Origin: an uncultured Peptostreptococcaceae bacterium
Lineage (GTDB): Bacteria; Bacillota; Clostridia; Peptostreptococcales; BM714
Reading direction: 5' to 3'
Length of the DNA stretch: 64,000 nucleotides
NCBI GenBank assembly: GCA_964617505.1
Contig: CAZTZB010000002.1
Coordinates: 24,501-88,500 of the forward strand
Both the position numbers and the translations under genes were made by a program. The stretch's first letter is position 1, and each line of letters starts with the position of its first letter. This document shows positions 1 to 10,345 of the stretch, in pieces. Below the pieces are notes generated by a model. That model was not told the origin of the DNA and did no database searches. It was given only the letters and a program-made list of their open reading frames with translations.

Positions 1-270
1 AGGGAAAGACAGCCTTCATATTTTCCTTCAGATTTCCGGAATGTGCTGAAGTTTCGCCTCTCTCCCGGAGGTCGGCCTTGGAAGGCCCGAACAAAAAGAC
101 GAATACGATGAGCATATAATCGAATCACTCCACATATTCGTACACAAAAGTATAAAAAGCCCCTCAATAGAAATCCATGTTTCCGGTTTTCTATTCTTTA
201 AGACGCTTGATATTAGAGGCATAAATATTATTTAGCAACTTATTTCGGTTTTAAACAAACAGCTAAACAA

Positions 271-1497
271 TTATATGTTTAAAATTTGATTTTCGATTGA
301 TTCAAAAACACTTTCCCATGATTTTCTTTTTACAAACTCTTTACTTATTTCAGACTCAGCAGGAAGCAGGTTTCTATTCATCTGCTTTATTAAAGCCTCT
401 GCGAATCTGATTGCATAATCGCCTTCATCTTCCTTAAGCGGCTTGTCTATCGAAAACATTCTCGGCAGTGCTACCGTTAAGGCGTTTCCGGACGCAGTCA
501 TATCATTTCCAAACCAAGCATTCAATCCTCCCAATTCGGAAACCGCTAATTTCATTCCACAGGCTGCAGCCTCAACCAATACGAGGGGAAGACCCTCATA
601 AAACGATGGCAGTGCAAAAACGCCGCTTTCCCTAAATAAATCTGCAAGGTCGCACTGTTCCATATTGCCCATTAGCCTTGCGCCTTTCATTTTTCTTGCC
701 CGCTCTGAAAGCTGCTCATATTCTCTTCCCTTACCGGATCCCGCAAGGCAAAGTGTCGCTTCCGGCATACTTGCCGAAACTATTTCAAATGCGTCGAGAA
801 GGCTCCCAACACCCTTGGCTTTGCTTATTTTTCCAGCATACACTATCTGTTCTAAATTCCGGCTTAAGCCCTTATCGTCTTCATTGAAGCAACTCTTGTC
901 GTATCCCGCTCCAGTTATGGCTACTTTTTCTGGAGACACATCGTAAAACTTACAGATTCGACTCTTTTGAAAATCATTTAACGCGAAAATACCGTCAAGA
1001 TTTCTGCATGCATTTATTACTCTTTGGCTATGCATCTTGTTGTTTTCCATCTGCCTTAAATCGCTTCCATGAGAAAAAGCAAATACCGGGATCTCAGGAA
1101 AGCTTTCCCTTACTAGAGCGGTCAAAAGCCATAGATGGTGGGATATTATGACATCCGGTTCAAATTCTTTAACGGTATCAGCCAAATGTCTTCCAAACGA
1201 TTTCTCCCAAAGATCTAGATTGCTTCCAAGAAGCTCATCATACCTAGTACTTTCATATGGCATTTCATCGCTCATTCCAACGACTGGAAAGGGCAATTCC
1301 CGGCTTTGGAAAAGCACCGGTTCAAAACAGATTCCTTCAGGGAGGCAATACTCTCCCCTATCACCTTGTGAAGGCATTCCTGCAATAAGTGTTTGCTTGT
1401 AACCCTTGCTTTCTGCTTGGCTTAAAATATTCTTTGCAAAAATACCGCTTCCGGTTTTTCCCGGTTCCTGCGCAATCACATGAAGGATTTTCTTCAT
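271..1497 (-). CDS. Glycosyltransferase, GT-B fold (family 4/1-like)
   Basis: 408-aa ORF with an N-terminal GKTGSG-type glycine-rich motif and a C-terminal E-x7-E-like region (FYEGLPLVLVEAAACG) typical of GT4. I chose the start at MKKILHV because GAGGAGA lies 7 nt upstream. Confidence 0.8.
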   Translation of the reverse strand: MKKILHVIAQEPGKTGSGIFAKNILSQAESKGYKQTLIAGMPSQGDRGEYCLPEGICFEPVLFQSRELPFPVVGMSDEMPYESTRYDELLGSNLDLWEKSFGRHLADTVKEFEPDVIISHHLWLLTALVRESFPEIPVFAFSHGSDLRQMENNKMHSQRVINACRNLDGIFALNDFQKSRICKFYDVSPEKVAITGAGYDKSCFNEDDKGLSRNLEQIVYAGKISKAKGVGSLLDAFEIVSASMPEATLCLAGSGKGREYEQLSERARKMKGARLMGNMEQCDLADLFRESGVFALPSFYEGLPLVLVEAAACGMKLAVSELGGLNAWFGNDMTASGNALTVALPRMFSIDKPLKEDEGDYAIRFAEALIKQMNRNLLPAESEISKEFVKRKSWESVFESIENQILNI

Positions 1498-1549
1498 TTT
1501 TATTCTCCTCATAATTCCTTTTCGCTGAAAGACTTAAAACTTATCCGTT

Positions 1550-2008
1550 TTACTTTTGTCTCACAAGCCTTAGAAGGCCATTCATGAGTTTAGATAAGGG
1601 ACACATGTATATGCACCAAAATCTTTTTCTAAAAATCACTTCCGCGAGCAAGGCCAGAATAGCGCTGCCTGTCATTAGCCTAAAAAAATAATACCACTTT
1701 GCGGCGTCTCTATCACTAAAAGATATAAGGACAAATGCAAGGAATGCCAGGTAAGCTAAAAAGAAGAGCCAACCTGCAAGCTTGGCTTTCTTTGGATTTT
1801 CTTTTATATGTTTAGATGGCTTGTCACCCGCAAAATCCAGAAGATTTCCTATGGGACAGGTATCGTAGCAAAAGCTCCTTTTCTTTCTAAATGCCGTTTC
1901 AATCAATGCATAGGCAAAAATCAGAAATATTCCGCTCCAAATACGCAAAACGCAAACAATTGTAAAAACACTTGCAAAGAACAACCATCCCTTAATTCGC
2001 TTCTTCAT
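1550..2008 (-). CDS. Small polytopic membrane protein with two CxxxCP motifs (4Fe-4S-binding-like, NapH/MauN-type)
   Basis: Four hydrophobic segments plus CYDTCPIGN and CIYMCPLSK motifs. GGGGGGT SD lies 6 nt before MKKRIKG. Confidence 0.55.
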   Translation of the reverse strand: MKKRIKGWLFFASVFTIVCVLRIWSGIFLIFAYALIETAFRKKRSFCYDTCPIGNLLDFAGDKPSKHIKENPKKAKLAGWLFFLAYLAFLAFVLISFSDRDAAKWYYFFRLMTGSAILALLAEVIFRKRFWCIYMCPLSKLMNGLLRLVRQK

Positions 2009-2072
2009 TCCAATACCCCCCAACCGTATATATTCCGATTGTACAGGATAAGCGCAGTTTTTTCAAGCTGGG

Positions 2073-2645
2073 TTAAAGCATTTTTCTGGAACCTGGTTTT
2101 ACCCATGGCATTCCGCTCTTACACAGAGGACATTCATCAGCTTCATATACTTTTATATCAGCCTTTACGGCGCTAAAAACCGGAAAATCCAAGGCATCGC
2201 TCCCGCCGCGATCAACGAGGCAAACTGCCGCTACAACTTCCGCTCCAAGGCTCTCTAACAGAATCTTAACTTCATTTGTCGACTTTCCTGTTGTTATTAC
2301 ATCCTCTGATATTATTACTCTGTCTCCTTGCAAAATTTCAAAGCCTCTTCTAAGACACATTTCATTGTCTTTCCTTTCGGTAAAAAGAGCCTTTCTATTC
2401 ATCTGCCTTCCAAATTCATAGGCAGGTATTACCCCTCCCATAGCTGGTCCCACGAAATAGTCAAACTTCAAATCCTCTATCTTTTTAACTACCTCTCCAA
2501 CCACAATAGCAGCCTTGTCGGGATAAGCCAAAACCTTCGCACACTGAACATATCCTCCACTGTGCTTGCCGGAAGACAGCAGAAAATGTCCCTCCAATAT
2601 TGCCTCGGTTTCTTTAAATATTTCAAGCAATTCCCTCTGTTCCAT
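2073..2645 (-). CDS. pyrE: Orotate phosphoribosyltransferase
   Basis: 190 aa with a PRPP-binding loop (VIISEDVITTGKS). It is the last gene of the pyr operon. SD is AAGGAGA. Confidence 0.93.
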   Translation of the reverse strand: MEQRELLEIFKETEAILEGHFLLSSGKHSGGYVQCAKVLAYPDKAAIVVGEVVKKIEDLKFDYFVGPAMGGVIPAYEFGRQMNRKALFTERKDNEMCLRRGFEILQGDRVIISEDVITTGKSTNEVKILLESLGAEVVAAVCLVDRGGSDALDFPVFSAVKADIKVYEADECPLCKSGMPWVKPGSRKML

Positions 2646-2657
2646 AGCTTTTCTCCT

Positions 2658-3560
2658 TTATAATATGCCTCTTATCTCAGACAGGTTTTTAATATTTTCA
2701 CGCTCCATGAAGCTTTCGATTTCTTCGATTATCCTTGTTCCCGCCCTCAAATCCATGAAATTTGCAGTCCCAATCTGAACACATGACGCCCCCGCCATAA
2801 TAAAAGATATAGCATCCTCTCCGGTAACAATCCCACCCATGCCCATTATGGGTACGTCGACGACTCTTGCCACCTGATGAACCATCCTTAAAGCTATGGG
2901 ACGAATTGCGGGTCCGGACAATCCTGCATAGGTATTGTCAAAAATTATTTTTCGCCTTTTCACATCAACCGCCATAGCTTGAATAGTATTAATTAAAGAA
3001 ATAGCATCTGCCCCTGCCTCTACACATGAAGAAGCAATTTCAGCAATGTCGCCCACGTTCGGCGACAACTTCACCATCAACATCTTCTTTGTATGCTTCC
3101 GGATTTCCTTTACTATACCATACGCCGAATCAGCATCGGTTCCAAAAGCCATACCGCCACTTTTTACATTGGGACACGATATGTTTAGCTCTATGATTTC
3201 AAACGGAGTAGCTTCTATTAAACGCACAGACTCTACATAGTCCTCTATCTTGGATCCGCTTACATTAACCAAAATCCTGGTGTCAAGCTTTTCAAGATAA
3301 GAGGCTTCATCTGTAAGAAATCCTTCAATACCAGGGTTTTCGAGCCCTACACTATTCATCATGCCCGAAGGCGTTTCCCAGACACGTATGCCCTTATTTC
3401 CATCTCTTTTCTCCAAAGTTATTCCCTTTGTGGATATTCCCCCCAGCTTGGAAACATCGTAACATTCTCCATATTCCTTTCCAAAGCCAAAGGTACCCGA
3501 GGCCATAACTACCGGATTTTTAAATCTTAAGTTTCCAAAATCGACTTGGCTACAATTCAT
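2658..3560 (-). CDS. pyrD: Dihydroorotate dehydrogenase 1B, catalytic subunit
   Basis: TIM-barrel DHODH motifs ([24 protein letters not shown]). The start at MNCSQVDF overlaps the pyrK stop. The 20 codons upstream in the ORF track lie inside pyrK. Confidence 0.9.
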   Translation of the reverse strand: MNCSQVDFGNLRFKNPVVMASGTFGFGKEYGECYDVSKLGGISTKGITLEKRDGNKGIRVWETPSGMMNSVGLENPGIEGFLTDEASYLEKLDTRILVNVSGSKIEDYVESVRLIEATPFEIIELNISCPNVKSGGMAFGTDADSAYGIVKEIRKHTKKMLMVKLSPNVGDIAEIASSCVEAGADAISLINTIQAMAVDVKRRKIIFDNTYAGLSGPAIRPIALRMVHQVARVVDVPIMGMGGIVTGEDAISFIMAGASCVQIGTANFMDLRAGTRIIEEIESFMERENIKNLSEIRGIL

Positions 3561-4257
3561 CAAAGAACACATCCTCTCCTGCGAAAACGGGCCCGTCCTT
3601 ACATGTCTTTTTGTTTCCATTCTTTGTTTTACACGTACATACGAGACATGCCCCTATGCCGCAGGCCATGCGTTTTTCCATGGATACAAACACCTTGGCA
3701 CCATATGGCCTCGCTTTTTTAACTAAAGCCTCCATCATTGGCTCTGGTCCGCAGGCAAGGATAAGGTCATACTTAGATGGATCTAGGCTTTCAGTCACAA
3801 ATCCACCTATGTCTATCTGCATGGAATCTGCATACACTGAAAAGCGGTTCGAATTAATATCTTCATCCGAATATCCAAGATATATATCAAGTCTTTCGGG
3901 ACTCGATTTTCTTATCGTCTTAGCTGCGAACATAAGAGGCGCCGTTCCGAGTCCTCCACCCACAAGCGCAATTCGTCCTGTCTCCATGGGAAATCCCTTT
4001 CCAAATGGTCCGTCGATGTTTATTTCATCGCCAGGCTTTTTCCCTGCAAGTATACGGGTTCCTTCCCCGCAAACCCTATAAAGAAATACTATGCGGTCGT
4101 CCTCTAGATCATGAATACTTAAGGGTCTTGAAAGCACAGGGTACTCATCCCATGCACGAACCATGTAAAACTGCCCCATTCTTCCCTTAAAACTTCCCTC
4201 TACAGCAATCTCACGCACCGTTTCCGTCAAGGATTTATTGTACAAAATTTTACTCAT
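3550..4257 (-). CDS. pyrK: Dihydroorotate dehydrogenase electron-transfer subunit (FAD/2Fe-2S)
   Basis: 235 aa with an FNR-like fold and a C-terminal cluster [11 protein letters not shown]...C typical of PyrK. It sits directly upstream of pyrD. Confidence 0.9.
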   Translation of the reverse strand: MSKILYNKSLTETVREIAVEGSFKGRMGQFYMVRAWDEYPVLSRPLSIHDLEDDRIVFLYRVCGEGTRILAGKKPGDEINIDGPFGKGFPMETGRIALVGGGLGTAPLMFAAKTIRKSSPERLDIYLGYSDEDINSNRFSVYADSMQIDIGGFVTESLDPSKYDLILACGPEPMMEALVKKARPYGAKVFVSMEKRMACGIGACLVCTCKTKNGNKKTCKDGPVFAGEDVFFDEL

Positions 4258-5107
4258 ATGCCAGGTCCCTTCTCATCATTTCAACACGATTGCTTATTGT
4301 TTCCATAAAAGCGTCTTCATTATCGGTTTTTTGTGCATGTGAAATTATACCTCTTGATGAATTGACCACCGCGCACGGATCGCTTATCGCTTCCTTTATG
4401 TCTTTGCCTGTTCCTCCCTGAGCTCCATATCCCGGTACCAAAAAGAACATTCCGGGGCAAATCTTTCTCACTTCATGAAATTCACGGGTGTTTTTTATAC
4501 CCACCACTCCACCTATTGAACTGTATCCGCTTTTGCCCATGAAGTTAGATCCCCACTCAGCAACTTTTTTTGCAGTTTCAATATAGAGAGGGCTTCCGTC
4601 CGACATTGTCTTTTCTTGAAAATCCGCCGCGGATGGATTTGAGGTCTTGATCAAAACGAAGAGACCCTTATTTTTATTTTTTATATAATCATAATAGGGT
4701 GATATTGCGTCCTCTCCCATGTATGGATTAACCGTCATAAAATCAGCCTCGAACTCGCCGCTAAAATGCGCCTTGGCATATAGCCCCGCAGTAGAAGAAA
4801 TATCTCCCCTTTTCACATCAGCTATGGATATGGAATTCTTTTCCCTAAGATATTCCATTGTTTTTCCGTAGGCCCTCAGTCCTTCGATTCCCTCAGCTTC
4901 ATAGCATGCTATCTGCAGCTTGAAGCAGGCTGCCCTGCCTGATGCCGCATCTATAGCCAAACGGTTGAATGCGAAAATCCTGTCACTTTTAGCTCCATAT
5001 TTCTTTTTCAAAAATTCCGGCATATACTCCATCCGTATATCAAGTCCAAGGCAAATCATCCCCTTGGAAAGGACCTCATCGTGCAATCTGTCTACTATCA
5101 TAAACAA
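4250..5107 (-). CDS. pyrF: Orotidine 5'-phosphate decarboxylase (long type-2 form)
   Basis: 285 aa with the DVKRGDI motif containing the active-site Lys. Operon context supports the call. Confidence 0.9.
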   Translation of the reverse strand: MFMIVDRLHDEVLSKGMICLGLDIRMEYMPEFLKKKYGAKSDRIFAFNRLAIDAASGRAACFKLQIACYEAEGIEGLRAYGKTMEYLREKNSISIADVKRGDISSTAGLYAKAHFSGEFEADFMTVNPYMGEDAISPYYDYIKNKNKGLFVLIKTSNPSAADFQEKTMSDGSPLYIETAKKVAEWGSNFMGKSGYSSIGGVVGIKNTREFHEVRKICPGMFFLVPGYGAQGGTGKDIKEAISDPCAVVNSSRGIISHAQKTDNEDAFMETISNRVEMMRRDLAYE

Positions 5108-6266
5108 TTTCCCCCTCTTTCATCGTCAAAACAATCTCCCCTTTAGTCTCCCATCCGTCAAAAGGAGTATTCTTACCCTTAGATACGAAGTTTTCTGATG
5201 AAATTGTTTTTGTTATATCCAAGTCTGCAATAACTAGGTCTGCGTCAAATCCCTCTTCAAGGCGTCCCTTGGCAAGCCCAAGAAGTTCGGCAGGCTTTTC
5301 GGACATCATTTCAAGCAGCCTGGCAAGACCAATTTTCTCCTTTTCAAAAACAGTATTCACCATTTCAAATGCTATTTCCACATTTGATATTCCAGGGCTT
5401 CCATTCATTTTATCTTGCCTGCTGTGAGGAGCATGGTCAGTCCCTATCACGTCCACCAGACCACTCCTGGCCGCATCTAGAAGAGCATCCCTATCATCGG
5501 CTGTCCCAAAGGAAGGATTCACTCTATAGTCTATGCCTTGGGCGAACAGATGGTGCGGAGTAACTTCGCAGGTTAAGAGTCCCCCAAATGTAGATTTTCC
5601 TGCTCTTATAAGGTCCACAGTTTTTCTTTTGCTTATGTGGCAAATATGAAGTCTTCCAGGCGATTCGGTCATCGTTCCTAAATGCCTTCTGACTATTTTG
5701 GATTCCGGCTCGCAATGAGCCATGACAATCAAATCCATTTCCTGTGATTTACCTAGAATTTTCTTTGCTATTCCCAAATCCAAAAGTGTCTTTCCGTCGT
5801 CAGAAAAAAGCCTTGTAAGCTTTCTCATGGATTCAAGATCAACCATTTCTTTTCCTTCCAACCCCTTTGTAACAGCTGAAATCTGAAGAATATCGCAAAG
5901 CCCGACTTCGCCGTGCCTTTTCATTATTCTTTCATAAACCTCGGGACAATCGCAAACGGGATTGGTATTGGCCATTGTGCAAAGGGTGGTATATCCGCCC
6001 TTAACCGCAGCCGCCTCACCGGTCTCCATGGTTTCCTTGTGCTCCTGTCCAGGATATCTCATGTGAAAGTGCATGTCGGTGAAAGCCGGCATAAGACATA
6101 ATCTTTTTCCATCTATAGATTTTTGGCATAAGGCTAAGGCCGCTTCTATTTCAGCCGTATTGGGCGATTTCATTACCCTTTCAATCTTGCCGTCTTTTAT
6201 AAGAAGAGCCCCATACTCATCCATATGCGAATCGACCAATCTGACATTTTTAATGAGAGTATTCAT
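5076..6266 (-). CDS. pyrC: Dihydroorotase
   Basis: 396-aa amidohydrolase with DMHFHMR metal motif and GTDHAPH. It lies between pyrI and pyrF. Confidence 0.9.
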   Translation of the reverse strand: MNTLIKNVRLVDSHMDEYGALLIKDGKIERVMKSPNTAEIEAALALCQKSIDGKRLCLMPAFTDMHFHMRYPGQEHKETMETGEAAAVKGGYTTLCTMANTNPVCDCPEVYERIMKRHGEVGLCDILQISAVTKGLEGKEMVDLESMRKLTRLFSDDGKTLLDLGIAKKILGKSQEMDLIVMAHCEPESKIVRRHLGTMTESPGRLHICHISKRKTVDLIRAGKSTFGGLLTCEVTPHHLFAQGIDYRVNPSFGTADDRDALLDAARSGLVDVIGTDHAPHSRQDKMNGSPGISNVEIAFEMVNTVFEKEKIGLARLLEMMSEKPAELLGLAKGRLEEGFDADLVIADLDITKTISSENFVSKGKNTPFDGWETKGEIVLTMKEGEIVYDSRQIAR

Positions 6267-6274
6267 ATGACCAC

Positions 6275-6697
6275 CTAGGCCTTTACCGGGGTATCACAGT
6301 ATTCACATGTGTAAATCTTATTCTCAGGGTCTATCAGAGTAAACTCTACGTCCGTTATATTTTCAATCATTGATACGCATCTGGGATTCTTGCATTTCAG
6401 TATTCCCTTGACTTTTTCAGGCAACTTGAGTTTGATTTTTTCGGTTATTTTTCCGTTTTCAACTATGTTGACGGTAAGATTTGGATCTAGAAGCCCAAGC
6501 ATAGTCAGGTCCAAGTCTATTTCATTTTCGATTTTTATCAGGTCTTTTTTACCCATCTTTGTTGATGGTATGTTTTTTATCAGAACAACCGTATAGTCCA
6601 CCTTGTGGAGTCCTAAATCCTTGAAAATCGTGTGTCCGCATCCCGGTTTTATGTGGTCAATGACAATGCCTTTTTTAATGCTGTCGATTTTAATCAT
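6275..6697 (-). CDS. pyrI: Aspartate carbamoyltransferase regulatory subunit
   Basis: 140 aa with a C-terminal Zn motif (CKNPRC...CEYC). It sits immediately after pyrB. Confidence 0.9.
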   Translation of the reverse strand: MIKIDSIKKGIVIDHIKPGCGHTIFKDLGLHKVDYTVVLIKNIPSTKMGKKDLIKIENEIDLDLTMLGLLDPNLTVNIVENGKITEKIKLKLPEKVKGILKCKNPRCVSMIENITDVEFTLIDPENKIYTCEYCDTPVKA

Positions 6698-7612
6698 CTA
6701 TTCCACCCCCAAAAGCTGCATGATCAGCGCCATGCGTATATACATGCCCATTTTAGCCTGCTCGAAATAAACAGCACGCTTGTCATTATCCATATCCGTA
6801 GATATCTCGTTTATTCGGGGAAGAGGATGCATTACAATCATGTCGCTCTTAGCCTTCTCCATCTTTTTAGCGTTCAAAAGGAAGTAATCCTTAAGCTTAA
6901 GATACTCCTCTTCGCTGAAGAACCTCTCACGCTGCACCCTTGTCATATAAAGTATATCCAGTTTTCCGAGACTACCCTCCAGATCCTGGGTTGTTTCAAA
7001 TTGTTCCTTCTGAAGATTGTCTGTTATATATGATGGGATCTCAAGTTCTTTCGGAGCTATGAATACGAATTTTATGTTCTCATATCTTGAAAGTGCCTTA
7101 ACAAGGGAATGCACAGTCCTTCCAAATTTCAAATCTCCACAAAGCCCTATTACAAGATTATCCAAACGATTCTTATATCGCCTGATTGTCATTAGATCTG
7201 TAAGTGTCTGCGTAGGGTGTTGATGGCCTCCGTCCCCTGCATTAATGAGCGGAATTACAGACTTTTTCGAGGCCAGAAGAGGCGCCCCTTCTTTCGGATG
7301 TCTCATTACGGCTATGTCTGCATAGCATCCTATTGTTCTTATAGTATCTCCTATGCTTTCACCCTTTGAAACGGATGACGATCCGGGTTCGGAAAATCCT
7401 ATTGTTTCTCCTCCGAGCCTTAGCATGGCGGCTTCAAAACTGAAACGCGTTCTAGTTGACGGCTCATAGAAAAGAGTTGCCAAAAGCTTGCCCCTGCAAG
7501 CGTCCATGTACCTCTCGGGGCTTTCCATAATCTTGTCAGCCAATTCAAAAAGCCCTTGAAGCTCATCAACCGTAAAGTCTCCCGGTTGTATCAAGTGTCT
7601 GTCTTTAAGCAT
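6698..7612 (-). CDS. pyrB: Aspartate carbamoyltransferase catalytic subunit
   Basis: STRTR and HPTQ motifs plus HPLPR. The start at MLKDRHL (7612) has GGAAGGAAGG SD. The 29-codon extension in the ORF track covers the attenuator terminator. Confidence 0.93.
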   Translation of the reverse strand: MLKDRHLIQPGDFTVDELQGLFELADKIMESPERYMDACRGKLLATLFYEPSTRTRFSFEAAMLRLGGETIGFSEPGSSSVSKGESIGDTIRTIGCYADIAVMRHPKEGAPLLASKKSVIPLINAGDGGHQHPTQTLTDLMTIRRYKNRLDNLVIGLCGDLKFGRTVHSLVKALSRYENIKFVFIAPKELEIPSYITDNLQKEQFETTQDLEGSLGKLDILYMTRVQRERFFSEEEYLKLKDYFLLNAKKMEKAKSDMIVMHPLPRINEISTDMDNDKRAVYFEQAKMGMYIRMALIMQLLGVE

Positions 7613-7658
7613 TTTGCCTTCCTTCCTGGCATCTCTGTGCCAAATTAAAGTAGATTTT

Positions 7659-7754
7659 AAAAAAGCCTCCCCGCTGACGCGGAAAGGCATAGTTCTCATG
7701 TAAAAAATAGTTTCATTATAGCTACCTTTCCGACCTCTCGGGACCAGATTAAAG
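7659..7754 (-). promoter_or_regulatory. PyrR-type transcription attenuator (binding loop + antiterminator/terminator) in the pyrB leader
   Basis: The minus-strand RNA reads CUUUAAUCUGGUCCCGAGAGGUCGGAAAGG, close to the PyrR loop UCCAGAGAGG with flanking UUUAA/AAGG. A 10-bp terminator GCCUUUCCGC-GUCA-GCGGGGAGGC plus U6 follows at 7659-7688. CGGAAAGG of the loop is complementary to the terminator 5' arm. Confidence 0.75.
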
Positions 7755-7789
7755 ATATTCTCATTTAAAAAAATATATCACGGATTTAT

Positions 7790-9190
7790 CTAAAAGTCAA
7801 TCCGAGCTTGGCTGTTCTTGTCCATTGTGGAAAAAACGTTCCCGAGCTCCTTTCTTATCCAAAATACTGCTGCAATGAACGCTATTGCTTCCGAAATAGG
7901 AAAAGCAAACCAGACAAAATGAATATCTCCCAAGCGCGAAAAAAAGTAGGCAATTGGCAAAAGCAAAATGATCTGCCTGGCAAACGAAAGAATCAAGCTG
8001 GGTATCCCCTTTCCCAGTGCTTGAAAGGTAGTGGCTATAATAATTGCCGGCCCAATAATGGGAAATGCGATGCTAATGGTCCTTATGGCATCCGATCCTA
8101 CAAGAAGAAGGGCTCCGTCCGGATTGAACATTGAAACAAGAGGGCCCGATGCGGTTTGAAACAACAAAAATCCCGCCGTTGTAAATGCAGCAGCAGTTAA
8201 GATTCCATACCTAATTACTTCTTTCATTCGATCAGGTCTTCCATGTCCGTAATTGTATCCCAAAATAGGCATGTATCCTTGATTAAGCCCGAAAACCGGC
8301 ATAAACACGAAGGACTGAAGCCTAAAGTATATCCCAAGCGAAGCCACCCCGTTTTCATCCATGCCCCCTGCAATAAGATTCATCCCGCCTATCATAAAGG
8401 ATGCAAGCACCTGCATTACTATAGCCGGAAGACCTACTCTATAGATTCTTTTGATTGATTCCCATTCCGGCCTAAAGCCTCTTGCCTTTGGAACTATTTC
8501 GTTCCCACCCCTGAAAAGCACATACAATACGAAAACACCACTAATGATTCTCGACAAAACCGTGGCATATGCAGCACCTTCTATTCCAAGTCCCTCAAAA
8601 GGTCCAATCCCAAAAATGAAAATCGGATCGAGCGCTATATTCATAACCGAACCGATCAGCATTGCAATCATAGGCAAAAACGTATTGCCTTCTCCCCTAA
8701 GTATGCTATTTGCTATCATTGGAACAAACATGCCTGCAGAACCTATCAGTATTATGCGTATGTATCTTTCTCCCAGACCAATGAGCTCACCGTCGTCTGT
8801 AAAAAATGCTATGATTCCATCGGAAAACATTAATCCTATGCCAGCGAAGACAATGCTGCAGACTATGGATAAGAATATTGCCTGCTCAGCGGCCACATTA
8901 GCCTCTTCCTTTTTGCCCGCCCCTAGGAGCCTGGCAATTAAAGAACTCGCTCCAATACCAGTTCCGACGCCTATGGATATAAGCACCAATTGGATAGGAA
9001 AGGCCAAAGAAAGCGCGGATAATGCCGCTTTGCTAAGATGACCAACATATATGCTATCAACAACATTATAGAGAGCCTGTATTACCATGGAAAAGATTCC
9101 AGGCAAGGAAAGTCTCAGCAGTAAAGAAAAAACCGGATCTTCCCCCAACCTGTTGCTTGTAGGATTTTGTCTTTTTTTATTTATATTCAT
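7790..9190 (-). CDS. MATE family efflux transporter
   Basis: 466 aa with about 12 TM segments. The N-terminus (LLRLSLPGIFSMVIQALYNVVDSIYVG) is characteristic of NorM/MatE proteins. Confidence 0.88.
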   Translation of the reverse strand: MNINKKRQNPTSNRLGEDPVFSLLLRLSLPGIFSMVIQALYNVVDSIYVGHLSKAALSALSLAFPIQLVLISIGVGTGIGASSLIARLLGAGKKEEANVAAEQAIFLSIVCSIVFAGIGLMFSDGIIAFFTDDGELIGLGERYIRIILIGSAGMFVPMIANSILRGEGNTFLPMIAMLIGSVMNIALDPIFIFGIGPFEGLGIEGAAYATVLSRIISGVFVLYVLFRGGNEIVPKARGFRPEWESIKRIYRVGLPAIVMQVLASFMIGGMNLIAGGMDENGVASLGIYFRLQSFVFMPVFGLNQGYMPILGYNYGHGRPDRMKEVIRYGILTAAAFTTAGFLLFQTASGPLVSMFNPDGALLLVGSDAIRTISIAFPIIGPAIIIATTFQALGKGIPSLILSFARQIILLLPIAYFFSRLGDIHFVWFAFPISEAIAFIAAVFWIRKELGNVFSTMDKNSQARIDF

Positions 9191-9273
9191 TACTTGAACC
9201 CGCTTTCATATATTTTAGTGCTGGCAGCTCTAGATTTTCATGCCTTAATCACTCTCAATTGCAAGAAAAACCT

Positions 9274-9522
9274 TCACCTAACCTCATCCTCCCATTCCGA
9301 AAGAATCTGCTCAAAAGCCGCTATTTGCGCATTTATTGCTATATCCATAGCCTCTCCCCTGCCGCTCCAGTCATTTCCTTGTTTAATATAAAGATCCTGC
9401 AACTGCATTTTCAGATCCTCTCTGCTATAGGAGTCATCTGATTCTTTTAAGGCATTAAAATTATAGTATACATTATTGAATATTTTTTCAAATTTTTCTT
9501 CTCTCCACGTTTCCAGAAACAT
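9274..9522 (-). CDS. Hypothetical small acidic helical protein (82 aa)
   Basis: AAAGGTG SD lies 8 nt upstream, and the gene starts 46 nt after the ABC ATPase gene on the same strand. I recognised no family. Confidence 0.5.
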   Translation of the reverse strand: MFLETWREEKFEKIFNNVYYNFNALKESDDSYSREDLKMQLQDLYIKQGNDWSGRGEAMDIAINAQIAAFEQILSEWEDEVR

Positions 9523-9568
9523 TTATTTCACACCTTTCTAAATGACTTTCAAAATTTTTTTGCGTTTA

Positions 9569-10345
9569 TCATAGAATGGAATCCAAAAATTCCCTTGCAT
9601 ATTCACTTTCCGGATTCTCCATTATGGCTTTTACCTGTCCTATTTCCACTATTCTACCTTCGTGAATAATGGCAATTCTGTCGCAAATTTTCTTTGCTGT
9701 ATTCAAATCCTTGCTAATAAAAAGATAGCTGGTGCCGTAAAGTTCTTTGATTTTCTGAATCGTATCAATCACTTGCCCTTTGATTGATTGATCTAGTCTA
9801 TCGGTGGGTTCATCAAGTACTATCAAATCCGGGCGCCACAATGCGGCCAGAGCTATGCCCACCTTCTTAACATCCATTTCATCTAATCGGCTTATATGGC
9901 AATAGGCGATGGACGGATTTAAGCCTACCATCTCCAAAAGCTCCATCATTTCCAGTGGAGCCCAATTTTTTTGGATTTTTTTGCAATTGATAATCGACTC
10001 GCCTATGACCTCTCCTATTGTTAACCTGCTATCAACATGCTGCGCGACATCTTGGAAGACAATTTGGATTTTTCCATGGATTTTCCTCTTCTCTTTCCCC
10101 TTTAAACGTCCAATGTCCTTGCCTCTAAATTCAATTCTGCCGCAATCCGGAACTTCTAGCCCTGCAATCAATTCTCCAAGGGTCGTTTTCCCGCTCCCTT
10201 TTCCACCTATAAGCCCAAGCGTTTCATTTTCAAAAATCTCCAAACTTGCGCAGTCTAAGGCTTTAGCAATTATTTTTGGGCTAAACAGATTTTTCCGGTA
10301 TACAAATTCCTTCCTTAAATTGATTGCTTCAATCAATGTCTTCAT
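9569..10345 (-). CDS. ABC transporter ATP-binding protein (OppF/DppF-like)
   Basis: Walker A GGKGSGKTT and Walker B LIVLDEPT. The start at MKTLIEA forms an ATGA overlap with the upstream ATPase stop. Confidence 0.88.
   Translation of the reverse strand: MKTLIEAINLRKEFVYRKNLFSPKIIAKALDCASLEIFENETLGLIGGKGSGKTTLGELIAGLEVPDCGRIEFRGKDIGRLKGKEKRKIHGKIQIVFQDVAQHVDSRLTIGEVIGESIINCKKIQKNWAPLEMMELLEMVGLNPSIAYCHISRLDEMDVKKVGIALAALWRPDLIVLDEPTDRLDQSIKGQVIDTIQKIKELYGTSYLFISKDLNTAKKICDRIAIIHEGRIVEIGQVKAIMENPESEYAREFLDSIL

Noticed and set aside
75-100. GGCCTTGGAAGGCCCGA near the window start resembles the repeat-loop core GGCCTTGGCCCGA at 33601-33613
   Set aside because: The match is only about 13 nt with an indel, and the flanks show no similarity to the repeat unit. 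That is too short to claim a third copy.
28-222. 64-aa minus-strand ORF at the window edge
   Set aside because: It has no SD and no recognisable motif, and its composition is odd. The first 270 nt could be intergenic or the tail of an upstream feature cut by the window, and there is not enough evidence to call it.
3561-3620. 20-codon N-terminal extension of the pyrD ORF
   Set aside because: It lies entirely within the 3' end of pyrK. The ATG at 3560 gives the usual DHODH-B N-terminus (MN....L.FKNP) and a coupled overlap with the pyrK stop.
7613-7699. 29-codon N-terminal extension of the pyrB ORF ([29 protein letters not shown]...)
   Set aside because: It has no SD and it overlaps the attenuator terminator hairpin and U-tract. 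The internal ATG at 7612 has a strong GGAAGGAAGG SD and matches the usual ATCase N-terminus.
8451-9041. 196-aa plus-strand ORF inside the MATE gene. Similar long antisense ORFs occur at 46714-47376, 50338-50937, 53559-54440, 42260-42769 and 24485-25021.
   Set aside because: These are shadow ORFs opposite well-supported minus-strand genes. They are Ser/Pro/Leu-rich and low-complexity, with no SD and no recognisable domains.
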